This document shows, piece after piece, positions 51,601 through 64,000 of a stretch of 64,000 nucleotides of DNA. The stretch spans positions 2,852,001 to 2,916,000 of the forward strand of contig NW_027252668.1 of assembly GCF_044704955.1 (NCBI RefSeq). The letters run 5' to 3'. The position numbers were made by a program, and so were the translations under genes. This DNA is from Pristiophorus japonicus (taxonomy: Eukaryota). Below the pieces are notes generated by a model. It made no database searches, had not been told where the DNA came from, and worked only from the letters and a program-made list of their open reading frames with translations. Position 1 is the stretch's first letter. Each line of letters begins with the position of its first letter.

Positions 51601-54600
51601 CTGCCCCGCTCTCTCCCCATAGCCCTGTAAGAATCCCAAACTAATCCCACTGCACCGCTCTCTCCCCATAGCCCTGTATCAATCCACAAACTAATCCCAC
51701 TGCCCCGCTCTCTCCCCATAGCCCTGTATCAATCCCAAACTAATCCCACTGCCCCGCTCTCTCCCCATAGCCCTGTAAGAATCCCAAACTAATCCCACTG
51801 TCCCGCTCTCTGCCCATAGCCCTGTATCAATCCCCAAATTAATCCCACTGCCCCGCTCTCTCCCCATAGCCCTGTATCAATCACAAACTAATCCTACTGC
51901 CCCGCTCTCTCCCCATAGCCCTGTAAGAATCCAAAACTAATCCCACTGACCCGCTCTCTCCCCACAGCCCTGTATCAATCACAAACTAATCCTACTGCCC
52001 CGCTCTCTCCCCATAGCCCTGTAAGAATCCCAAACTAATTCCACTGCCCCGCTCTCTCCCCATAGCCCTGGAAGAATCCCAAACTAATTCCACTGACCCG
52101 CTCTCTCCCCATAGCCCTGTATCAATCCACAAACTAATCCCACTGCCCCGCTCTCTCCCCCATAGCCCTGTATCAATCCACAAACTAATTCCACTGCCCC
52201 GCTCTCTCCCCATAGCCATGTAAGAATCCCAAACTAATTCCACTGACCCGCTCTCTCCACATAGCCCTGTATCAATCCACAAACTAATCCCACTGCCCCG
52301 CTCTCTCCCCATAGCCCTTTATCAATCCACAAACTAATGCCAATGCCCCGCTCTCTCCCCATAGCCCTGTACCAATCCCCAAACTAATCCCACTGCCCCG
52401 CTCTCTCCCCATAGCCCTGTAACAATCCCCAAACTAATCCCACTGCCCCGCTCTCTCCCCATAGCCCTGTATCAATCCCCAAACTAATCCCACTGCCCCG
52501 CTCTCTCCCCATAGCCCTGTAAGAATCCCAAACTAATTCCACTGACCAGCTCTCTCCACATAGCCCTGTATCAATCCCCAAACTAATCCCACTGCCCTGC
52601 TCTCTCTCCCCATAGCCCTTTATCAATCCACAAACTAATGCCACTGCCCCGCTCTCTCCCCATAGCCCTGTATCAATCCCCAAAGTAATCCCACTCCCAG
52701 CGCTCTCCCCATACCCCAATCCCCAAACGAATCCCATCGCCCTGTATCAATCCCGAAAATAATCCCAATGCCCCGCTCTCGCCCCAGAGCCCTGTATCAA
52801 TCCCCAAATTAATCCTACTGCCCAGTCTCCCCATAGCCCTGTATCAATCCCCAAACTAATCCCGCTGCCCCGCTCTCTGCCCATAGCCCTGTATCAATCC
52901 ACAAACTAATCCCACTGCCCCGCTCTCTCCCCACAGCCCTGTAACAATCCCAAACTAATCCCACTGCCCTCTCTCCCCATAGCCCTGTATCAATCCCCAA
53001 ACTAATCCCACTGCCCCGCTCTCTCTCCATAGCCCTGTATCAATCCCAATCTAATTCCACTGCCCCGCTCTCCCGCCATAGCCCTGTAACGATCCCAAAC
53101 TAATCCCAATGCCCCGATCTCTCCCCATAGCCCTGTATCAATCCCAAACTAATCCCACTGGCCCGCTCTCTCCCCATAGCCCTGTATCAGTCCCAAACTA
53201 ATCCCACTGCCACACTCTCTCCCCATAGCCCTGTATCAATCCCCAAACTAATCCCACTGCCCTGTCTCCCCATAGCCCTGTATCAATCCCAAAACTAATC
53301 CCACTGCCCCGCTCTCTCCCCATACCTCTGTATAAATCCACAAACTAATCCCACTGCCCCGCTCTCTCCCCACAGCCCTGTAAAAATCCCAAACTAATCC
53401 CACTGCCCCGCTCTCTCCCCATAGCACTGTATCAATCCCCAAACTAATCCCACTGCCCCACTCTCTCCCCATAGACCTGTATCAATCCCCAAACTAATCC
53501 CACTGCCCCGCTCTCTCCCCATAGCCCTGTATCAATCCCCAAACTAATCCCACTGCCCCACTATCTCCCCATAGCCCTGTATCAATCCCAAACAAATCCC
53601 ACTGCCCCGCTCTCTCTCCATAGCCCTGTATCAATCCCAATCTAATTCCACTGCCCCGCTCTCCCGCCATAGCCCTGTAACGATCCCAAACTAATCCCAA
53701 TGCCCCGATCTCTCCCCATAGCCCTGTATCAATCCCAAACTAATCCCACTGCCCCACTCTCTCTCTCCCCATAGACCTGTATCAATCCCCAAACTAATCC
53801 CACTGCCCCGCGCTCTCCCCAGAGCCCTGCATCAATCCCAAACTAATCCCCCTGCCCCGCTCTCTCCCCATAGCCCTGTATCAATACCAAACTAATCCCA
53901 CTGCCCCGCTCTCTCCCCATAGCCCTGTATCAATCCCCAAACTAATCCCACTGCCCCACTCTCTCCCCATAGACCTGTATCAATCCCCAAACTAATCCCA
54001 CTGCCCCGCGCTCTCCCCATAGCCCTGTATCAATCCCCAAACTAACCTCACTGCCCCGCTCTATCCCCATACTAATCCCACTGCCCCGCTCTCTCCCCAC
54101 AGCCCTGTATCAATCCCAAACTAATCCCACTGCCCCGCTCTCTCCCCATAGCCCTGTATCAATCTCCAAACTAATCCCACTGCCCTCTCTCCCCATAGCA
54201 CTGTATCAATCCCAAACTAATCCCACTGCCTCGCTCTCTCCCCATAGCCCTGTAACAATCCCAAACTAATCCCACTGTCCTCTCTCCCCATAGCCCTGTA
54301 TGAATCCCCAAACTAATCCCACTGCCCCGCTATCTCCCCATAGCCCTGTTTCAATCTCCAAACTAAACCCACTGCCCCGCTCTCTCTCCCCAAAGCACTG
54401 CATCAATCCCAAACTAATCCCACTGCCCCACTCTCTCCCCATACCCCTGTATCAATCCCCAAACTAATACCACTGCCCTGTCTCCCCATAGCACTGTATC
54501 AATCCCCAAACTAATCCCACTGCCCCGCTCTCTCCCCATACCATTGTATCAATCCACAAACTAATCCCACTGCCCCGCTCTCTCCCCATAGCCCTGTAAG

Positions 54601-57600
54601 AATCCCAAACTAATCCCTCTCCCAGCGCTCTCCCCATACCCCTGTATCAATCCCCAAACGAATCCCATCGCCCTGCATCAATCCCTAAAATAATCCCAAT
54701 GCCCCGCTCTCGCCCCAGAGCCCTGTATCAATCCCCAAATTTATCCTACTGCCCAGTCTCCCCATAGCCCTGTATCAATCCCCAAACTAATCCCGCTGCC
54801 CCGCTCTCTGCCCATAGCCCTGTATCAATCCACAAACTAATCCCACTGCCCCGCTCTCTCCCCATAGCCCTGTAACAATCCCAAACTAATCCCACTGCCC
54901 TCTCTCCCCATAGCCCTGTATCAATCCCCAAACTAATCCCACTGCCCCGCTCTCGCTCCAGAGCCCTGTATCAATCTCCAAACTAATCCCACTGCCAGCT
55001 CTCTCTCCCCATAGCCCTGTATCAATCCCAAACTAATCCCACTGCCCAACTCTCTCCCCATAGCCCTGTATCAATCCCCAAACTAATCCCACTGCCCCGC
55101 TCTCTCCCCATAGCCCTGTAACAATCCCAAACGAATCCCACTGCCCTCTCTCCCCATAGCCCTGTATCAATCCCCAAACTAATCCCACTGCTCCGCTCTC
55201 CCGCCATAGACCTGTAACGATCCCAAACTAATCCCACTGCCCCGATCTCTCCCCATAGCCCTGTATCAATCCCAAACTAATCCCACTGGCCCGCTCTCTC
55301 CCCATAGCCGTGTATCAGTCCCAAACTAATCCCACTGCCCCACACTCTCCCCATAGCCCTGTATCAATCCCCAAACTAATCCCATTGCCCTGTCTCCCCA
55401 TAGCCCTGTATCAATCCCAAAACTAATCCCACTGCCCCGCTCTCTCCCCATACCCCTGTATAAATCCCCAAACTAATCCCAGTGCCCCGCTCTCTCCGCA
55501 TAGCCCTGTATCTATCCCCAAACTAATCCCACTTCCCCGCTATCACCCCATAGCCCTGTAACAATCCCCAAACTAATCCCACTGCCCTGTCTTCCCACAG
55601 CCCTGTATCAATCCCCAAACTAATCCCACAGCCCCGCTCTCTCCCCATACCCGTGTATCAATCTACAAACTAATCCCACTGCCCCGCTCTCTCCCGATAG
55701 CCCTGTAACAATCCCAAACTAATCCCACTGCCCTGCTCTCTCCCCATAGCCCTGTACCAATCTCCAAACTAATCCCACTGCCCCGCTCTCTCCCCATAGC
55801 CCTGTAACAATCCCAAACTAATCCCACTGCCCCGCTCGCTCTCCCCATAGCCCTGCATCAATCCCCAAACTAATCACACTGCACTCTCTTCCCATAGCCC
55901 TGTATCAATCACCAAACTAATCCCACTGCCCTCTCTCCCCATAGCCCTGTATCAATCCCCAAACTAATCACACTACCCTCTCTCCCCATAGCCCTGTATC
56001 AATCACCAAACTAATCCCACTGCCCTCTCTCCCCATAGCCATGTATCAATCCCAATCTAATTCCACTGCCCCGCTCTCCCGCCATAGCCCTGTAACGATC
56101 CCAAAGTAATCCCACTTCCCCGCTCTCTCCCCATAGCCCTGTAATAATCCCAAACTAATCCCACTGGCCCGCTCTCTCCCCATAGCCCTGTATCAATCCC
56201 AAACTAATCCCACTGCCCCACTCTCTCCCCATAGCCCTGTATCAATCCCCAAACTAATCCCACTGCCCTGTCTCCCTATAGCCCTGTATCAATCCCCAAA
56301 CGAATCCCACTGGCCCGCTCTCTCCCCATAGCCCTGTAACAATCCCAAACTAATCCCACTGTCCTTCTCTCTATCCATAGCTCTATATCAATCTCAAACC
56401 AATCCCACTTCCACAGACTCTCCCGCCATAGCCCTGTATCAATCCCAAACTAATCCCACTGCCCCGCTCTCTCCCCATAGCCCTGTAACAATCCCAAACT
56501 AATCCCACTGTCCTTCTCTCTCTCCACAGCTCTATATCAATCTCAAACCAATCCCACTTCCACACTCTCTCCCCATAGCCCTGTATCAATCCCCAAACTA
56601 ATCACACTACCCTCTCTCCCCATAGCCCTGTATCAATCCCCAAACTAATCCCACTGCCCCGCTCTCTCCCCAGAGACCTGTATCAATCCCGAAACTAATC
56701 CCACTGCCCCGCTCTCTCCCCAGAGCCCTGTATCAATCACGAAACTAATCCCACTGCCGCACTCTCTCCCCATAGCCCTGTACCAATCCCAAACTAATCT
56801 CACTGCCCCGCTCTCTACCCGTAGCCCTGTATCAATCCCCAAACTAATCCCACTGCCCCGCGCTCTCCCCAGAGCCCTGTATCAATTCCGAAACTAATCC
56901 CACTGCCCCGCTCTCTCCCCATAGCCCTGTACCAATCCCAAACTAATCCCACTGCCCCGCTCTCAACCCGTAGCCCTGTATCAATCCCCAAACTAATCCC
57001 ACTGCCCTGTCTCCCCATAGCACTGTATCAATCCCCAAACTAATCCCACTGCCCCGCTCTCTCCCCATAGCCGTGTAACAATCCCAAACTAATTCCACTG
57101 CCCTGCTCTCTCCCCATAGCCTGTAACAAACCCAAACTAATCCCACTGTCCTTCTCTCTCTCCATAGCCCTATATCAATCACAAACCAATCCCACTTCCC
57201 CACTCGCTCCTCATACCCCTGTATCAATCCCCAAACTAATCCCACTGCCCCGCTCTCTCCCCATAGCCCTGTATCAATCCCCAAACTAATTCCACTGCCC
57301 CGCTCTCTCCCCATAGCCCTGTAACAATCCCAAACTAATCCCACTGCCCCGCTCTCTCCCCATAGCCCTGTAACAATCCCAAACTAATCACACTGCCCCG
57401 CTTTCTCCCCATAGCCCTGTAAGAATCCCAAACTAATCCGACTGCCCCACTCTCTCCCCATAGTCCTGTATCAATCCCCAAACTAATCCCACTGCCCCGA
57501 TCTCCCCCCATCGCCCTGTATCAATGCACAAACTACTCCCACTGCCCCGCTCTCTCCCCATAGCCCTGTATCAATCCCAAACTAATCCCACTGCCTCGCT

Positions 57601-60600
57601 CTCTCCCCATAGCCCTGTAACAATCCCAAACTAATCCCTCTGTACTCTCTCCCCATAGCCCTGTATCAATCTCCAAACTAATCCCACTGCCCCGCTCTCT
57701 CCCCAGAGCCCTGTATCAATCCCCAAACTAATCCCACTGCCCCGCTCTCTCCCCAGAGCCCTGTATCAATCCCCAAACTAATCCCACTGCCCCGCTCTCT
57801 CCCCATAGCCCTGTAAAAATCCCAAACTAATCCCACTGCCCCGCTTTCTCCCCATAGCCCTGTAAGAATCCCAAACTAATCCCACTGCCCCGCTCTCTCC
57901 CCATAGCCCTGTATCAATCCCAAACCAATCCCACTGCCCCGCACTCTCCCCATAACCCTGTATCAATCCCCAAACTAATCCCACTGCCCCACTCTCTCCC
58001 CATAGCCCTGTATCAATCCCCAAACTAATCCCACTGCCCCGCTCTCTCCCCATAGCCCTGTAGCAATCCCAAACTAATCCCACTGCCCCGCTCTCTACCC
58101 ATAGCCCTGTATCAATCCCCAAAGTCATCCCACTCCCAGCGCTCTCCCCGTAGCCCTGTATCAATCCCCAAACGAATCCCATCGCCCTGTATCAATCCCT
58201 AAAATAATCCCACTGCCCCGCTCTCGCCCCAGAGCCCTGTATCAATCCCCAAACTAATCCTACTTCCCAGTCTCCCCATAGTCCTGTATCAATCCCCAAA
58301 CTAATCCCGCTGACCCGCTCTCTGCCCATAGCCCTGTATCAATCCACAAACTAATCCCACTGCCCCGCTCTCTCCCCATAGCCCTGTAACAATCCCAAAC
58401 TAATCCCACTGCCCTCTCTCCCCATAGCCCTGTATCAATCCCCAAACTAATCCCACTGTCCCGCTCTCGCCCCAGAGCCCTGCATCCATCTCCAAACTAA
58501 TCCCACTGCCCCGCTCTCTCTCCCCATAGCCCTGTATCAATCCCCAAACTAATACGACTGCCCCGCTCTCTCCCCATAGCCTTGTAACAATCCCAAACTA
58601 ATCCCACTGCCCCGCTCTCTCCCCATAGCCCTGTATCAATCCCAAACTAATCCCACTGCCCCACTCTCTCCCCATAGCCCTGTAACAATCCCAAACTAAT
58701 CCCACTGTCCTTCTCTCCCCATAGCCCTGTATCAATCACCAAACTAATCCCACTGCCCTCTCTCCCCATAGCACTGTATCAATCCCCAAACTAATCCCAC
58801 TGCCCCGCTCTCTCCCCATAGCCCTGTAACAATCCCAAACTAATCCCACTGTCCTTCTCTCTCTCCATAGCCCTGTAACAATCCACAAACTAATCTCACT
58901 GACCCGCTCTCTCCCCATAGCCCTGTATCAATCCCAATCTAATTCCACTGCCCCGCTCTCCCGCCATAGCCCTGTAACGATCCCAAACTAATCCCACTTC
59001 CCCGCTCTCTCCCCATAGCCCTGTAACAATCCCAAACGAATCCCACTGCCCCACTCTCTCCCCATAGCCCTGTATCAATCCCCAAACTAATCCCACTGCC
59101 CTGTCTCCCCATAGCCCTGTATGAATCCCAAACTAATCCCACAGCCCCGCTCTCTCCCCATAGCCCTGTAACAATCCCAAACTAATCCCACTGTCCTTCT
59201 CTCTCTCCATAGCTCTATATCAATCTCAAACCAATCCCACTTCCACACTCTCTCCCCATAGCCCTGTATCAATCCCCAAACTAATCACACTACCCTCTCT
59301 CCCCATAGCCCTGTATCAATCCCCAAACTAATCCCACTGCCCCGCTCTCTCCCCATAGCCCTGTAGCAATCCCAAACTAATCCCACTGCCCCGCTCTCTC
59401 CCCATAGCCCTGTATCAATCCCCAAACTAATCCCACTGCCGTCTCTCCTCATAGCACTGTATCAATCCCCAAACGAATCCCACTGCCCCGCTATCACCCC
59501 ATAGCCCTGTAACAATGCCAAACTAATTCCACTGACCCGCTCTCTCCCCATAGCCCTGTAAGAATCCCAAACTAATTCCATTGACCCGCTCTCTCCACAT
59601 AGCCCTGTATCAATCCCCAAACTAATCCCACTGCCCTGCTCTCTCTCCTCATAGCCCTTTATCAATCCACAAACTAATGGCACTGCCCCGCTCTCTCCCC
59701 ATAGCCCTGTATCAATCCCCAAAGTAATCCCACTCCCAGCGCTCTCCCCATACCCCAATCCCCAAACGAATCCCATCGCCCTGTATCAATCCCGAAAATA
59801 ATCCCAATGCCCCGCTCTCGCCCCAGAGCCCTGTATCAATCCCCAAATTAATCCTACTGCCCAGTCTCCCCATAGCCCTGTATCAATCCCCAAACTAATC
59901 CCGCTGCCCCGCTCTCTGCCCATAGCCCTGTATCAATCCACAAACTAATCCCACTGCCCCGCTCTCTCCCCACAGCCCTGTAACAATCCCAAACTAATCC
60001 CACTGCCCTCTCTCCCCATAGCCCTGTATCAATCCCCAAACTAATCCCACTGCCCCGCTCTCTCTCCATAGCCCTGTATCAATCCCAATCTAATTCCACT
60101 GCCCCGCTCTCCCGCCATAGCCCTGTAACGATCCCAAACTAATCCCAATGCCCCGATCTCTCCCCATAGCCCTGTATCAATCCCAAACTAATCCCACTGG
60201 CCCGCTCTCTCCCCATAGCCCTGTTTCAGTCCCAAACTAATCCCACTGCCACACTCTCTCCCCATAGCCCTGTATCAATCCCCAAACTAATCCCACTGCC
60301 CTGTCTCCCCATAGCCCTGTATCAATCCCAAAACTAATCCCACTGCCCCGCTCTCTCCCCATACCTCTGTATAAATCCACAAACTAATCCCACTGCCCCG
60401 CTCTCTCCCCACAGCCCTGTAAAAATCCCAAACTAATCCCACTGCCCCGCTCTCTCCCCATAGCACTGTATCAATCCCCAAACTAATCCCACTGCCCCAC
60501 TCTCTCCCCATAGACCTGTATCAATCCCCAAACTAATCCCACTGCCCCGCTCTCTCCCCATAGCCCTGTATCAATCCCAAACTAATCCCACTGCCCCACT

Positions 60601-63600
60601 CTCTCCCCATAGCCCTGTAACAATCCCAAACTAATCCCACTGTCCTTCTCTCCCCATAGCCCTGTATCAATCACCAAACTAATTCCACTGCCCTCTCTCC
60701 CCATAGCACTGTATCAATCCCCAAACTAATCCCACTGCCCCGCTCTCTCCCCATAGCCCTGTAACAATCCCAAACTAATCCCACTGTCCTTCTCTCTCTC
60801 CATAGCCCTGTAACAATCCACAAACTAATCTCACTGACCCGCTCTCTCCCCATAGCCCTGTATCAATCCCAATCTAATTCCACTGCCCCGCTCTCCCGCC
60901 ATAGCCCTGTAACGATCCCAAACTAATCCCACTTCCCCGCTCTCTCCCCATAGCCCTGTAACAATCCCAAACGAATCCCACTGCCCCACTCTCTCCCCAT
61001 AGCCCTGTATCAATCCCCAAACTAATCCCACTGCCCTGTCTCCCCATAGCCCTGTATGAATCCCAAACTAATCCCACAGCCCCGCTCTCTCCCCATAGCC
61101 CTGTAACAATCCCAAACTAATCCCACTGTCCTTCTCTCTCTCCATAGCTCTATATCAATCTCAAACCAATCCCACTTCCACACTCTCTCCCCATAGCCCT
61201 GTATCAATCCCCAAACTAATCACACTACCCTCTCTCCCCATAGCCCTGTATCAATCCCCAAACTAATCCCACTGCCCCGCTCTCTCCCCATAGCCCTGTA
61301 GCAATCCCAAACTAATCCCACTGCCCCGCTCTCTCCCCATAGCCCTGTATCAATCCCCAAACTAATCCCACTGCCGTCTCTCCTCATAGCACTGTATCAA
61401 TCCCCAAACGAATCCCACTGCCCCGCTATCACCCCATAGCCCTGTAACAATGCCAAACTAATTCCACTGACCCGCTCTCTCCCCATAGCCCTGTAAGAAT
61501 CCCAAACTAATTCCATTGACCCGCTCTCTCCACATAGCCCTGTATCAATCCCCAAACTAATCCCACTGCCCTGCTCTCTCTCCTCATAGCCCTTTATCAA
61601 TCCACAAACTAATGGCACTGCCCCGCTCTCTCCCCATAGCCCTGTATCAATCCCCAAAGTAATCCCACTCCCAGCGCTCTCCCCATACCCCAATCCCCAA
61701 ACGAATCCCATCGCCCTGTATCAATCCCGAAAATAATCCCAATGCCCCGCTCTCGCCCCAGAGCCCTGTATCAATCCCCAAATTAATCCTACTGCCCAGT
61801 CTCCCCATAGCCCTGTATCAATCCCCAAACTAATCCCGCTGCCCCGCTCTCTGCCCATAGCCCTGTATCAATCCACAAACTAATCCCACTGCCCCGCTCT
61901 CTCCCCACAGCCCTGTAACAATCCCAAACTAATCCCACTGCCCTCTCTCCCCATAGCCCTGTATCAATCCCCAAACTAATCCCACTGCCCCGCTCTCTCT
62001 CCATAGCCCTGTATCAATCCCAATCTAATTCCACTGCCCCGCTCTCCCGCCATAGCCCTGTAACGATCCCAAACTAATCCCAATGCCCCGATCTCTCCCC
62101 ATAGCCCTGTATCAATCCCAAACTAATCCCACTGGCCCGCTCTCTCCCCATAGCCCTGTTTCAGTCCCAAACTAATCCCACTGCCACACTCTCTCCCCAT
62201 AGCCCTGTATCAATCCCCAAACTAATCCCACTGCCCTGTCTCCCCATAGCCCTGTATCAATCCCAAAACTAATCCCACTGCCCCGCTCTCTCCCCATACC
62301 TCTGTATAAATCCACAAACTAATCCCACTGCCCCGCTCTCTCCCCACAGCCCTGTAAAAATCCCAAACTAATCCCACTGCCCCGCTCTCTCCCCATAGCA
62401 CTGTATCAATCCCCAAACTAATCCCACTGCCCCACTCTCTCCCCATAGACCTGTATCAATCCCCAAACTAATCCCACTGCCCCGCTCTCTCCCCATAGCC
62501 CTGTATCAATCCCCAAACTAATCCCACTGCCCCACTATCTCCCCATAGCCCTGTATCAATCCCAAACAAATCCCACTGCCCCGCTCTCTCCCCATCGCCC
62601 TGTATCAATCCCCAAACTAATCCCACTGCCCCACTCTCTCTCTCCCCATAGACCTGTATCAATCCCCAAACTAATCCCACTGCCCCGCGCTCTCCCCAGA
62701 GCCCTGCATCAATCCCAAACTAATCCCCCTGCCCCGCTCTCTCCCCATAGCCCTGTATCAATACCAAACTAATCCCACTGCCCCGCTCTCTCCCCATAGC
62801 CCTGTATCAATCCCCAAACTAATCCCACTGCCCCACTCTCTCCCCATAGACCTGTATCAATCCCCAAACTAATCCCACTGCCCCGCGCTCTCCCCATAGC
62901 CCTGTATCAATCCCAAACAAATCCCACTGCCCCGCTCTCTCCCCATAGCCCTGTATCAATCCCCAAACTAACCTCACTGCCCCGCTCTATCCCCATACTA
63001 ATCCCACTGCCCCGCTCTCTCCCCACAGCCCTGTATCAATCCCAAACTAATCCCACTGCCCCGCTCTCTCCCCATAGCCCTGTATCAATCTCCAAACTAA
63101 TCCCACTGCCCTCTCTCCCCATAGCACTGTATCAATCCCAAACTAATCCCACTGCCTCGCTCTCTCCCCATAGCCCTGTAACAATCCCAAACTAATCCCA
63201 CTGTCCTCTCTCCCCATAGCCCTGTATGAATCCCCAAACTAATCCCACTGCCCCGCTATCTCCCCATAGCCCTGTTTCAATCTCCAAACTAAACCCACTG
63301 CCCCGCTCTCTCTCCCCAAAGCACTGGATCAATCCCAAACTAATCCCACTGCCCCATTCTCTCCCCATACCCCTGTATCAATCCCCAAACTAATACCACT
63401 GCCCTGTCTCCCCATAGCACTGTATCAATCCCCAAACTAATCCCACTGCCCCGCTCTCTCCCCATACCATTGTATCAATCCACAAACTAATCCCACTGCC
63501 CCGCTCTCTCCCCATAGCCCTGTAAGAATCCCAAACTAATCCCTCTCCCAGCGCTCTCCCCATACCCCTGTATCAATCCCCAAACGAATCCCATCGCCCT

Positions 63601-64000
63601 GCATCAATCCCTAAAATAATCCCAATGCCCCGCTCTCTCCCCATAGCCCTGTAACAATCCCAAACTAATCCCACTGCCCTCTCTCCCCATAGCCCTGTAT
63701 CAATCCCCAAACTAATCCCACTGCCCCGCTCTCGCTCCAGAGCCCTGTATCAATCTCCAAACTAATCTCACTGCCCGCTCTCTCTCCCCATAGCCCTGTA
63801 TCAATCCCAAACTAATCCCACTGCCCAACTCTCTCCCCATAGCCCTGTATCAATCCCCAAACTAATCCCACTGCCCCGCTCTCTCCCCATAGCCCTGTAA
63901 CAATCCCAAACTAATCCCACTGCCCTCTCTCCCCATAGCCCTGTATCAATCCCCAAACTAATCCCACTGCTCCGCTCTCCCGCCATAGACCTGTAACGAT
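39680..64000 (-). repeat. ~50-bp satellite (SatB), more than 24 kb, with higher-order structure; continues past the window end
   Basis: Plus-strand monomer AAACTAATCCCACTGCCCCGCTCTCTCCCCATAGCCCTGTATCAATCCCC (47-51 bp variants); ORF track repeats at offsets 9,691 and 1,935. Confidence 0.98.

Noticed and set aside
39992-63986. Gly/Trp-rich ORFs (GIDTGLWGESGAVGLVW...)
   Set aside because: Translations of the ~50-bp satellite with frequent stops and frameshifts.
39680-64000. Telomeric repeat interpretation of SatB (TTAGTTTGGG)
   Set aside because: No TTAGGG arrays; the motif is better explained by the CR1 stop-codon region.

Overview
Eukaryotic vertebrate genomic DNA, most likely a cartilaginous fish (inferred from dense CR1 LINEs, a DeuSINE/SacSINE1-like element and a Tx1-like LINE). 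The only intact genes are one replication-dependent histone quintet, H1(+) H4(+) H3.2(+) H2A(-) H2B(-), at 21.8-27.7 kb; each gene has a 3' stem-loop and a U7-binding downstream element. Paralogous blocks about 28.4 kb apart flank the quintet. Each block contains a 41-bp satellite carrying co-amplified CR1 RT fragments with one shared junction, followed by two tRNA-Gly pseudogenes. H2B and H2A pseudogene remnants, three solo-LTR-like inserts, nested CR1 fragments and an orphan CpG-rich promoter are also present. The last 24 kb is a ~50-bp satellite whose monomer matches the last codons and stop of CR1 ORF2; it has 9,691-bp and 1,935-bp higher-order duplications. Nearly all other ORFs in the track are repeat-translation artefacts. 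I see no new protein-coding system; the most unusual signals are structural.
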